A stretch of 15,800 nucleotides of DNA, taken from a virus (Duplodnaviria > Heunggongvirae > Uroviricota > Caudoviricetes). The DNA lies in the IMG/VR virus record IMGVR_UViG_2693429605_000015, positions 1-15,800 of that record. One strand, 5' to 3'. The notes under the pieces are model-generated. The model saw nothing but the letters and a program-made list of their open reading frames with translations, was not told the origin of the DNA and did not search any database. Below, in pieces: positions 7,186-14,552 of this stretch (its first letter is position 1; each line of letters starts with the position of its first letter). The translations under genes and the position numbers were made by a program.

Positions 7186-7356
7186 ATGCAACAGTTCGCT
7201 ATTGCAGGGGCGGCATCGGTTCGCCCTTTCAACCCGATTTTATCGGTACAGCATTCACGAAAAAATATTTTAACCGGAGCAGACTTTAAACAACCAAGAA
7301 TGAAAAGCTTGCTCGAAAAGCTTTGGGATATTTTGAAACAACAAGGCCGTCCATGA
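7186..7356 (+). CDS. cIII: CIII-like protein (FtsH inhibitor that stabilises CII)
   Basis: 56 aa; MQQFAIAGAAS and central KSLLEKLWDILKQ resemble lambda CIII MQYAIAGW...ESLLERITRKLRDGWKRLIDIL as recalled; strong AAGGAG SD 6 nt upstream of ATG 7186. Confidence 0.65.
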   Translation: MQQFAIAGAASVRPFNPILSVQHSRKNILTGADFKQPRMKSLLEKLWDILKQQGRP

Positions 7357-7382
7357 GTTTTACCAATAAGGGGAGCAAGTAA

Positions 7383-8474
7383 ATGGCTATTCAGACTAAA
7401 ACATTGCAGGTACGCGTCAAAGACCGCCACGCCGCCTTGTTGCGTCAGATGGCCTTTGAAGTGAACCAAGTTTTTAACTTTATCAATGAAATGACTGCGA
7501 CTGAATACAGCACTGTCAGCGAATACGGACCAAAACAAAGAGTTTGGTTAACTGAATTTGACGTAGATAAACGCATTGCTGGTATTCAAAAGGAGCGCGG
7601 ATACCACATACAAGCAGCTACTTGTCAGGAAATCTCAAAACATCACGCTAAAGCGCGTAAACAGTTTAAACGCAGTAAGCTGCGCTGGCGTAAAAGTGGC
7701 GGTGCTGGGCGTAGTCTTGGTTGGGTTCCGTTCAAAGGTGCTCAAGTGAAATGGGTAAACGGCTGCATCAAGTTTGCCGGGCACTATTTCAAAGTGTGGG
7801 ATAGCTATGGATTAAATGGCTTTAAATTCCGTGCTGGTAACTTTGCAGAAGATGCGCGCGGTCGCTGGTATTTCAATGTTGCAGTTGAATACGAATGCGA
7901 ACCAACTAAAGGCACTGCCGACGTGGGTATCGATCTTGGTCTGAAAGACATTGCCACCACTTCGGATGGTGAAAAACTTCCTGCTAAACGTTGGTATCGT
8001 GAATTAGAAGGCAAATTAAAAATTGCTCAACGTGCCCATAATAAAAAACGTGTTAGAGCTATCCACGCAAAAATCAAAAATCGCCGTAAAGATGCACACC
8101 ATAAGTTTTCTACGGCGCTGGTTAATAAATACGCCGCTATTTTTGTAGGCGACGTAAGCAGTAAAAAGTTATCAAAAACAAATTTGGCAAAAAGTATCTA
8201 CGACGCCGGCTGGTGTCAGCTAAAAAATCAGATTCAGTATAAAGCGATTGCGCGGAGTGTGGTTTTTGAGGTCGTAGATGAAGCGTACACCACCCAGACT
8301 TGCTCGTGCTGCGGAGCTATTAGCTGCAGTAGTCCGAAGGGTAGGGTAGGCCTTGGAATAAGAGAATGGATCTGCGTGGAATGTGGTGAACTCCACGACC
8401 GCGACGTAAACGCGGCAAAGAACATTCTCGCGGCGGGACATCGCCGTCTCGAAGGAGGAATCCACGCCCTTTAG
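7383..8474 (+). CDS. tnpB: TnpB-family protein (IS200/IS605 OrfB-like; RuvC-like nuclease fold with zinc finger), 363 aa
   Basis: RuvC-I VGIDLGLKDIATTSDG; zinc finger TQTCSCCG...WICVECG; RuvC-III HDRDVNAAKNI; DAGW...YKA helper motif. GGGGAG SD upstream. No tnpA-like (HUH) ORF nearby. Confidence 0.85.
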   Translation: MAIQTKTLQVRVKDRHAALLRQMAFEVNQVFNFINEMTATEYSTVSEYGPKQRVWLTEFDVDKRIAGIQKERGYHIQAATCQEISKHHAKARKQFKRSKLRWRKSGGAGRSLGWVPFKGAQVKWVNGCIKFAGHYFKVWDSYGLNGFKFRAGNFAEDARGRWYFNVAVEYECEPTKGTADVGIDLGLKDIATTSDGEKLPAKRWYRELEGKLKIAQRAHNKKRVRAIHAKIKNRRKDAHHKFSTALVNKYAAIFVGDVSSKKLSKTNLAKSIYDAGWCQLKNQIQYKAIARSVVFEVVDEAYTTQTCSCCGAISCSSPKGRVGLGIREWICVECGELHDRDVNAAKNILAAGHRRLEGGIHAL

Positions 8475-8740
8475 GGCGTGGAGGATGTCAAAGATAACTG
8501 GTCAGACAAAGAATTCATTCGTCAGATGAAAGAATTAATCGGTAACGAAGGAGATATGCATGTCACTTGCAACCACAGTGAAGGAGAGCAAGTTACAGAG
8601 ACGCATGTACACGCAGAAAGCTCTCTGGTATCGCCATAATGGCGACCGCGAAGGAATGCGGGTATGCCTTAATTTGTCCCGAGTCGAAGTATTAAATCAG
8701 CGTTATTTCCTTGGGCCATGTCCATTCTGAGAACAATCAT
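8459..8740 (+). ncRNA. Candidate TnpB-associated guide RNA (omega-RNA-like) region: 3' end of tnpB plus 266-nt non-coding gap
   Basis: Perfect 9-bp hairpin TCCACGCCC-TTTA-GGGCGTGGA (8461-8482) straddling the tnpB stop; second hairpin TCGCCA-TAA-TGGCGA (about 8627-8641); unusually long non-coding gap in a tightly packed operon. Inference only. Confidence 0.25.
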
Positions 8741-9346
8741 ATGAGCAAAGAATTTTACGCAAGACTGGCAGCTATTCAGGAGAATCTGAACGCGCCAAAG
8801 AATCAGTACAACTCATTCGGCAAATATAAATACAGAAGCTGCGAAGACATTCTTGAAGGCGTTAAGCCGTTACTGAATGGCCTGTTTTTATCAATCAGCG
8901 ATGAAGTTGTGCTGATTGGTGATCGGTATTACGTGAAAGCCACGGCAACTATTACCGATGGCGAAAACAGCCATACGGCAACCGCTCTTGCACGAGAGGA
9001 AGAAAGCAAGAAAGGAATGGATTCTGCACAAGTTACGGGAGCTACAAGCTCTTATGCACGCAAGTATTGCCTCAATGGTTTGTTCGGCATTGATGATGCG
9101 AAAGATGCAGATACCGACGAGCATAAACATCAGCAGAACGCAGCAGCAAAGCAATCAAAACCATCACCTACACCTGAACAGGTTCTAAAAGCATTCACTG
9201 ACGCAGCATTGCAGAAAAACACCGTAGAAGAGCTTAAACAGGCGTTCGCCAAAGCGTGGAAGATGCTCGAAGGCACACCGGAGCAGCACAAAGCACAGGA
9301 CGTTTACAACATCAGACGAGACGAATTAGAAGGAGCGGCTGCTTAA
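8741..9346 (+). CDS. erf: Erf-family single-strand annealing recombinase
   Basis: MSKEFYARLAAIQENLNAPKNQYNSFGKYKYRSCEDILEGVKPLL... matches P22 Erf as recalled. ATG at 8741 preferred over the track's upstream TTG at 8711. Confidence 0.8.
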   Translation: MSKEFYARLAAIQENLNAPKNQYNSFGKYKYRSCEDILEGVKPLLNGLFLSISDEVVLIGDRYYVKATATITDGENSHTATALAREEESKKGMDSAQVTGATSSYARKYCLNGLFGIDDAKDADTDEHKHQQNAAAKQSKPSPTPEQVLKAFTDAALQKNTVEELKQAFAKAWKMLEGTPEQHKAQDVYNIRRDELEGAAA

Positions 9347-9729
9347 TGGCACATTCGATTACTGTAAGACTAAACAAGCCCGCAAGAGAGTTTCAGGCCG
9401 GGGAAAATATCGGATTCAACATCCGTGCTGGCGTTCAGTATTACGATCGCCAGACAAAAAAGAAAGAATGGACAAACTACAGCGCCGTTGTATTTGCCAA
9501 GCCGGGAGCGCAAGCGGATTACTACCGTAGTGTTCTTGTTGAAGGTGGCATTGTGGAAATTACCGGAGAAAACATCAGGGTTGATGTTTATCAGGGGCAA
9601 AATGGTCAATCAATCACTCTTGAATTACTGAATGCAAAGATTGGATTTGCAACTTCAGGAAACAGCCAACAGCAGCAAAGTAGCAATCATCAAAATCATC
9701 CTGAATACGACGATTCAATTCCCTTCTAG
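9346..9729 (+). CDS. Phage single-stranded DNA-binding protein (SSB-like) with acidic C-terminal tail
   Basis: ATG at 9346 overlaps the erf stop (TAATG); AGGAG SD; Q-rich linker and C-terminal YDDSIPF resembling the E. coli SSB tail DFDDDIPF. Confidence 0.65.
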   Translation: MAHSITVRLNKPAREFQAGENIGFNIRAGVQYYDRQTKKKEWTNYSAVVFAKPGAQADYYRSVLVEGGIVEITGENIRVDVYQGQNGQSITLELLNAKIGFATSGNSQQQQSSNHQNHPEYDDSIPF

Positions 9730-9752
9730 ATTAGCAAAATAAGGATTCCATT

Positions 9753-10046
9753 ATGCCAGCGCCTCTGTATGGTGCGGATGACCCGCGCCGCTGTTCCGGC
9801 AATTCCGTATCGGAGGTGCTGGATAAATTCAGAAAAAACTACGATCGAATAATGTCTCTACCGCAGGAAACGAAAGAGGAAAAGGAGTTTCGCCACTGCA
9901 TATGGCTTGCAGAGAAAGAAGAACGAGAGCGAATTTACCAGACATCAATCCGACCATTCCGCAAAGCCACATATACCCACTTCCCTGAAATCGACCCGCG
10001 CCTGCGTAATTACCGCTCACGCTATGGCGCTATCAGTAATGACTGA
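9753..10046 (+). CDS. Abc2-like protein (putative anti-RecBCD), 97 aa
   Basis: Position immediately after erf/ssb as in P22-like recombination modules; AAGGA SD. The family name rests on synteny and an uncertain memory of P22 Abc2, not on verified identity. Confidence 0.5.
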   Translation: MPAPLYGADDPRRCSGNSVSEVLDKFRKNYDRIMSLPQETKEEKEFRHCIWLAEKEERERIYQTSIRPFRKATYTHFPEIDPRLRNYRSRYGAISND

Positions 10047-10056
10047 GGAATTAACA

Positions 10057-10230
10057 ATGAAAACAATGAAGCTAAACATCGACCTCGGAAAATACGTTAT
10101 TACCGGAACAAAACACGATCTGATTCTTAGCGAAAGAGGAATTATCAAAGAAGGCGAGAATGCAGGGAAAGAAACACTAAGCCGTATCGGTTATTACAGC
10201 AAGTTTGAGCATCTGGTTAAAGAGTTATGA
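10057..10230 (+). CDS. Small hypothetical protein (57 aa)
   Basis: ATG at 10057 with GAGGAA SD; MKTMKLNIDLGKYVITGTKHDLILSERGIIKEG... Confidence 0.45.
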   Translation: MKTMKLNIDLGKYVITGTKHDLILSERGIIKEGENAGKETLSRIGYYSKFEHLVKEL

Positions 10231-10343
10231 AACCGTGAAATCCTGTTATCTCAGGCGCAGACGCTACAGGATATTCAGCAGCATATCGAGACTTTAGGTG
10301 TGTCACTTAGCATGGCTATTGACCAGTTCGTGGAGAGTAAATC

Positions 10344-10508
10344 ATGAGAGGTCTTGCATACAATCCCGGCATTCTTCCGGCAGAAATGATTATTCGCCAA
10401 CGCGTAAAGCCAATGCCATCGAGAGAGGAATTGCTTAAGAGAAATTCTTTTCCATCAGTGAATCAAAACAAATATCTGAATGCGATGTGGCGGAGTGGGA
10501 AGAAATGA
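10344..10508 (+). CDS. Small hypothetical protein (54 aa)
   Basis: Hand-translated [54 protein letters not shown]; GGAGAG SD; stop overlaps the next start (ATGA). Confidence 0.4.
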   Translation: MRGLAYNPGILPAEMIIRQRVKPMPSREELLKRNSFPSVNQNKYLNAMWRSGKK

Positions 10509-10948
10509 AACAAATGTCACTAATTGAGATGGATGGATTTCTGAAAGGTAAATGCATCCCAAGTGATTTAAAGGTTAACGAAACAAACGCTGAATATCTG
10601 GTGCGTAAGTTCGGTGAACTTGAATCAAAACTAGAAACAGCGTTGCGTGAGTGTCGTTCTGCTGGAATCACGATTGATAACCTTGAGGCCAAGTGCGCGG
10701 CGCTGGCTGTGGAGAATGCGGGGATGAAAGAATATCTAGCTCCAGTAGGGTTAGTGGTAGAGGGAACCCCAGCCACCGACGCCTTCCTGGCTGAAGTGCG
10801 GGCGCAGGGTGTGGAGATGGCTCGTAACGCGATGATTGATTTTGTTGATGGTGAAGTTGGGCCAAACAAGAACGTTCCGGGGCTGATTAGAGGCGCAGAG
10901 ATATGCGTAAGTATTGCTGCCCAGCTTCGCAAAGGAGGCAACCAATGA
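10505..10948 (+). CDS. Hypothetical protein (147 aa)
   Basis: ATG at 10505 translationally coupled to the upstream ORF; coiled-coil-like composition; no family recognised. Confidence 0.55.
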   Translation: MKQMSLIEMDGFLKGKCIPSDLKVNETNAEYLVRKFGELESKLETALRECRSAGITIDNLEAKCAALAVENAGMKEYLAPVGLVVEGTPATDAFLAEVRAQGVEMARNAMIDFVDGEVGPNKNVPGLIRGAEICVSIAAQLRKGGNQ

Positions 10949-11226
10949 GCGTAATCCAGTACGTAGTTAGAGATGCAGGCACGTTTCCTGAGGATGCGTT
11001 TTTTCTCGATCCTCGACACATCGATGAGCTCATTTCTGAGTGGGAATTGGAATGCTTGTCTCAGGATGCCTCCCTTGATTATTTTGACAATCATGACGGC
11101 TTGGAATCTGACTGGCCGTTGGATATCGAGCTATTCATTGACGGTGAGAGCGTAGGTGTATTCACGGTTGAAATGGAACATGTACCTCAATTCAGCGCAA
11201 GAAAAATACCGGAGGCCGCCCAATGA
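10945..11226 (+). CDS. Hypothetical acidic protein (93 aa)
   Basis: ATGA overlap with the upstream gene; AGGAGG SD. Confidence 0.6.
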   Translation: MSVIQYVVRDAGTFPEDAFFLDPRHIDELISEWELECLSQDASLDYFDNHDGLESDWPLDIELFIDGESVGVFTVEMEHVPQFSARKIPEAAQ

Positions 11227-11726
11227 GCAACATCGACAAACGCGCATTACGTCATAGCGCAGAAAGCATAATCGGCATTCTGGAAAACATTGCCGGGTTC
11301 GAACCATCTGATATCGACGGCGACTCTGTAGAGCTCCGCTTTGAAACTGAGGACGGTTTCGATACTGGTTGTGACGTTAGCATTGTTGACCAGTGCCAGA
11401 AAACCGCTGATGTAGTTCGGGCGCTGCTGGATGAGCTGGAAAGAAACCAGCAATACATCAAACGCCGCGACCAGGAGAACGAGGATATTGCGCTAACGGT
11501 AGGGAAGCTGCGTGTTGAGCTTGAAGCAGAAAAACAGCGGGCAAAAGTTCTATTTATGGAAAATGCTCGGCTTAAGTCAGGCATAGCCGGTCTGATACAC
11601 CTCGGTATTCGATATGCAGATGTTGAGGTCATGAAAATTGCTGGAGATGCCCAGCTTTCTACCCCATGCACTGACAGCATCATAAACAGCATTGCAACAG
11701 GCATTCGCATCAACGGAGGTGAGTAG
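11223..11726 (+). CDS. Hypothetical protein (167 aa)
   Basis: ATGA overlap with the upstream gene; GGAGG SD; coiled-coil-like central segment. Confidence 0.6.
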   Translation: MSNIDKRALRHSAESIIGILENIAGFEPSDIDGDSVELRFETEDGFDTGCDVSIVDQCQKTADVVRALLDELERNQQYIKRRDQENEDIALTVGKLRVELEAEKQRAKVLFMENARLKSGIAGLIHLGIRYADVEVMKIAGDAQLSTPCTDSIINSIATGIRINGGE

Positions 11727-11898
11727 TGCGTGTGGCATGTATCGGCTTGTTACCGTACCCGACTCGTTTTTGGGCTTCTGCGCTAATTGCAAAGCCACAT
11801 GTCCTGATGGCTGACAACATCATCCCGGCACCAAAGCGCCGCCATACTGGTATTGCAGCGGCACGACGAGCAGCAAAGAAACGCAGGAGAGCAAAGCG

Positions 11899-12087
11899 AT
11901 GAAAAACCGTAAGGCAAAGATTCTGTTAGCTCGCAGAAACGGTGTTGGGGTCTGGCGATGGTTGAGGATTAGTAACAGACGAGTGAGGTTGACGGGGTGT
12001 TGCGGGGTTATGGGGCACAGTTGTTGCAAAAAGCCCAGTGCGGCGCAAAACCGCTGGAAAAACCACTTACGCACTAAAGGAGCCTGA
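11899..12087 (+). CDS. Possible small basic protein (62 aa), doubtful
   Basis: Good SD (AGGAGAG) and stop 1 nt before the next gene start, but the composition is unusual (Arg/Trp/Cys-rich, low complexity). Confidence 0.3.
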   Translation: MKNRKAKILLARRNGVGVWRWLRISNRRVRLTGCCGVMGHSCCKKPSAAQNRWKNHLRTKGA

Positions 12088-12088
12088 T

Positions 12089-12298
12089 ATGGCTATTGCC
12101 GCAAGTTACACCATGCATCTCTACTGTGATTGTCGCCAGTGTACAAATGGTAAATATCAAACGCCAGACTTCGGTGAGTATATCGGTACGTCATGGGCTG
12201 GCTGTGCAAAAGAGGCGCGCAAGGATGGCTGGCGAATAAGCAAAGACAAAACGCGTGCTTTTGCGCCCGGGCATAAAGTTTTGAGGATTAACAAATGA
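12089..12298 (+). CDS. Small Cys-rich protein (69 aa)
   Basis: ATG at 12089 with AAGGAG SD; MAIAASYTMHLYCDCRQCTNGKYQ...GCAKEA has four to five Cys spaced like a small zinc ribbon. Confidence 0.5.
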   Translation: MAIAASYTMHLYCDCRQCTNGKYQTPDFGEYIGTSWAGCAKEARKDGWRISKDKTRAFAPGHKVLRINK

Positions 12299-12939
12299 CC
12301 ACTATTACCAGAGAACAAGCTCTGAAAATTATTGAGGCAGCCGATGAGGTTATTAGTGCGCTTGCCGGAACTAACGAGGATGTTCACCCTGGTAGCGATA
12401 ACATGCTACGTCTGTGGGATGACCTGAATGACCGTTACGCGCCCCCGGAAGTAGTGCGTGAGCTGGCACGAATTGTGCTGGCATCGCTGGAAGCAGAACC
12501 TGTAAGCCAAACTTACAACTTGCCACAAACGCACTTTGAACAGGTTGCTGACCTTTACGAAATGCAATTTGATGACGGACGCACTTGTGCCTTTCATACT
12601 GATGCGCAAAAGGCTGCGCAATGGCTTCGGGCATGCGACGGAAACAGGGTTCAGGAATACGTGAAACTGGAGCGACTGCAGAACGCGCTATCGGGCAACT
12701 CTCCGGTAATTCCGGATGGCTGGATAAGCTGTAGTGAGCGAATGCCGGAAAAGAATAAGAACGTGCTTATTTCGGTGAATTTCGATAGCTCTCTGGTTGA
12801 GCCGCTAATATGCTCCGCACGCTATACCGGAAGTACATTCCGGCGTGGAGATGTAACGGTTAAGCCAGGTAATGGTATTGAGCAGGCAACCCACTGGATG
12901 CCTCTACCAGAACCGCCTCAGGAGGTTAACCGTGGCTAA
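12295..12939 (+). CDS. Phage protein with C-terminal DUF551-like domain (214 aa)
   Basis: C-terminal WISCSERMPE...VLISV...THWMPLPEPP recalls the DUF551 signature common in enterobacterial prophages; GAGGA SD; ATGA overlap with the upstream gene. Confidence 0.6.
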   Translation: MTTITREQALKIIEAADEVISALAGTNEDVHPGSDNMLRLWDDLNDRYAPPEVVRELARIVLASLEAEPVSQTYNLPQTHFEQVADLYEMQFDDGRTCAFHTDAQKAAQWLRACDGNRVQEYVKLERLQNALSGNSPVIPDGWISCSERMPEKNKNVLISVNFDSSLVEPLICSARYTGSTFRRGDVTVKPGNGIEQATHWMPLPEPPQEVNRG

Positions 12940-13213
12940 CCTGCAACTTGCCGTCAAAGGTGAATACTTCGATGCCATGATTCGCGGAGAGAAAACGGAA
13001 GAGTATCGCCTGTGTAATGACTATTGGAATAAGCGAATTATGTTCAGGGAGTATGACCGCCTGATTATCACAAAGGGATATCCGAAGCGCGACGACTCCA
13101 GTCGCAGAATTGATGTTCCGTATGGAGGATATGAAGTGAAAACAATCACACACCCCCACTTCGGTGATAAACCGGTAAAGGTATACGCGATAAAGGTGAA
13201 TATCAATTGCTAA
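12932..13213 (+). CDS. Small ASCH/PUA-like domain protein (93 aa), GTG start
   Basis: GTG at 12932 with GGAGG 6 nt upstream; LQLAVKGEYFDAMIRGEKTEEYR resembles ASCH-domain N-termini. Tentative. Confidence 0.5.
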   Translation: MANLQLAVKGEYFDAMIRGEKTEEYRLCNDYWNKRIMFREYDRLIITKGYPKRDDSSRRIDVPYGGYEVKTITHPHFGDKPVKVYAIKVNINC

Positions 13214-13325
13214 ATTAGTAGCATAGCATAAAGATGCTTGCATTAATGAAGTGTGTATAATAACGCCTCATCAATAGTAAACTACTGAAATAGCAAAAAA
13301 ATGCATATTAAAGAGGATTCGAAAA

Positions 13326-13517
13326 TTGAAAATGTTCATGCAAATAGACAGACGCATAGATATTAATGGCAATTCATACTTAGTTAGATGCGAAGAGAGG
13401 CCTAACGGTGAGTGGCGTGTATATGATATTGACCGTAAGATCAATATCAGCACCATGAACAAAGACACTGCCTTTGATGAATGGAAAGCTGAAGCTAAAA
13501 AACAACATAATTCGTAG
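13326..13517 (+). CDS. Small hypothetical protein (about 61-63 aa)
   Basis: Follows an AT-rich promoter-like gap (13214-13325); start TTG 13326 or ATG 13332; AGAGGA upstream. Confidence 0.4.
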   Translation: MKMFMQIDRRIDINGNSYLVRCEERPNGEWRVYDIDRKINISTMNKDTAFDEWKAEAKKQHNS

Positions 13518-13559
13518 AATTACAAAAACCCTAACCAATTGATGGATTTCTTTTATCTG

Positions 13560-13585
13560 AACTCGCTACGGCGAGTTTTGTTTTA
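13560..13585 (+). terminator. Rho-independent terminator
   Basis: AACTCGC (13560-13566) / GCGAGTT (13571-13577), 7-bp stem with 4-nt loop, followed by TTGTTTTA. Confidence 0.5.
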
Positions 13586-13597
13586 TGGAGATGATAA

Positions 13598-13765
13598 ATG
13601 CACTTCCGAGTCACAGGTGAATGGAATGGAGAACCATTCAACAGAGTTATCGAAGCGGAGAACATCAACGACTGCTATGACCACTGGATGATATGGGCGC
13701 AGATAGCGCATGCAGACGTAACCAATATTCGAATTGAAGAACTGAAAGAACACCAAGCCGCCTGA
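13598..13765 (+). CDS. Small hypothetical protein (55 aa)
   Basis: Hand-translated MHFRVTGEWNGEPFNRVIEAENINDCYDHWMIWAQIAHADVTNIRIEELKEHQAA; GGAG SD; followed by a terminator. Confidence 0.45.
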   Translation: MHFRVTGEWNGEPFNRVIEAENINDCYDHWMIWAQIAHADVTNIRIEELKEHQAA

Positions 13766-13780
13766 TGGCGGTTTTTTATT
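13756..13780 (+). terminator. Rho-independent terminator
   Basis: CCGCC (13758-13762) / GGCGG (13767-13771) stem with TGAT loop, followed by TTTTTTATT. Confidence 0.6.
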
Positions 13781-13787
13781 GCCTGAT

Positions 13788-13803
13788 TTGCAGGTTCGAT
13801 TCC
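13788..13803 (+). other. tRNA T-arm-like fragment (TTGCAGGTTCGATTCC) just upstream of torI
   Basis: 16 nt identical to the T-stem/loop portion of tRNA-Arg (argW) as recalled; the downstream sequence does not complete a tRNA (no matching 3' T-stem or acceptor). Confidence 0.4.
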
Positions 13804-13822
13804 CTATTCGGAGATAGCACTC

Positions 13823-14023
13823 ATGCAACACGAACTACAACCTGATTCACTGGTTGATTTGAAATTCATCATGGCTGATACTGGCTTCGGTAAGACCTTC
13901 ATCTATGACCGGATTAAGTCCGGCGACCTGCCAAAAGCCAAAGTTATCCACGGGCGAGCAAGATGGTTATATCGTGACCATTGTGAATTCAAAAATAAGC
14001 TATTAAGCCGCGCCAATGGGTAA
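13823..14023 (+). CDS. torI: TorI-type excisionase / recombination directionality factor (KplE1/CPS-53 family)
   Basis: 66-aa product MQHELQPDSLVDLKFIMADTGFGKTFIYDRIKSGDLPKAKVIHGRARWLYRDHCEFKNKLLS recalled as E. coli TorI; GGAG SD; sits at the prophage end next to the att core. Confidence 0.8.
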   Translation: MQHELQPDSLVDLKFIMADTGFGKTFIYDRIKSGDLPKAKVIHGRARWLYRDHCEFKNKLLSRANG

Positions 14024-14096
14024 AATAGCGGGTAAAATATTTCTCACATCTAAAAAATACCATTCCAATCAATCCCCTGCTGCCTCAAGTAGATGT

Positions 14097-14111
14097 CTGC
14101 AGGGGACACCA
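14097..14111 (+). other. Prophage attachment-site core (attR side): duplicated 3' end of tRNA-Arg (argW)
   Basis: CTGCAGGGGACACCA equals the 3' T-stem strand, acceptor strand, discriminator and CCA of argW as recalled, with no complete tRNA upstream; phage-type genes stop here and a host gene follows. Confidence 0.5.
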
Positions 14112-14552
14112 GATACCCTTCAAACGAAATCTACCTTCACCCCGTAAAAGATGGGTTTGGCAGCACACTTGCCTTATATCTACTCATTTTTACTGCAACA
14201 GGTTGAAATCTCAGCACTGTCAGAAAGCGCTGATGACTAAACAGCCCTGAGCCGGGCGATGTAACCATCACACAGAATCCTGATAGCGAAATATGGCGTG
14301 ACTCGATACTTCACTCCGCAATGCATTCCTTGATGAATTCGCAGGACCGTGATACACGGGACAGGTCACTGAATGACGACAATGTCCTGGAAATCAGCGA
14401 ACCGCGCATCTGAAGTACATTTGAGCGACTGTACCAGAACATGAATGAGGCGTTTGGATTAGGCGATTATTAGCAGGGCTAAGCATTTTACTATTATTAT
14501 TTTCCGGTTGAGGGATATAGAGCTATCGACAACAACCGGAAAAAGTTTACGT

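Noticed and set aside
7081-7356. 91-aa ORF from the track starting at 7081
   Set aside because: The upstream part runs through a terminator hairpin and lacks an SD; the shorter ORF from ATG 7186 has a strong AAGGAG SD and a CIII-like sequence, so only 7186-7356 is called.
8526-8639. 37-codon ORF (MKELIGNEGDMHVTCNHSEGEQVTETHVHAESSLVSP) in the gap after tnpB
   Set aside because: No convincing SD, odd composition, and the region is better explained as structured non-coding RNA; left uncalled.
7000-8740. Interpretation as an intact IS200/IS605 insertion sequence
   Set aside because: No tnpA-like gene; tnpB starts 26 nt after cIII, leaving no space for a left end; I could not identify terminal or subterminal end structures. 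Kept as a co-opted gene rather than a mobile element.
10231-10343. Protein-like reading frame ([35 protein letters not shown]) without a usable start codon
   Set aside because: No ATG/GTG/TTG in frame after the upstream stop; it may be a decayed gene remnant or read by an unusual mechanism; not callable from sequence alone.
11737-11814. 25-codon Cys-rich ORF (MYRLVTVPDSFLGFCANCKATCPDG)
   Set aside because: Very short, with an ambiguous start (GTG or ATG); insufficient support.
13788-13803. Possible intact tRNA gene near torI
   Set aside because: Only the T-arm 5' stem and loop are present; the following bases do not form the 3' T-stem or acceptor stem, so this is a fragment, not a tRNA.
7158-13831. 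Minus-strand track ORFs inside the leftward operon (7158-7538, 7805-8014, 8220-8465, 8234-8425, 8891-9154, 9370-9609, 9829-10020, 10435-11094, 10668-10865, 10751-10945, 11247-11453, 11252-11713, 11577-11798, 11820-12074, 12157-12387, 12371-12634, 12406-12621, 12926-13243, 13021-13206, 13271-13468, 13583-13831), plus out-of-frame plus-strand ORFs 8958-9188, 9425-9631 and 10973-11155
   Set aside because: Antisense or out-of-frame overlaps of the tightly coupled plus-strand gene array; Ser/Pro/Arg-rich shadow-frame composition; no SDs.
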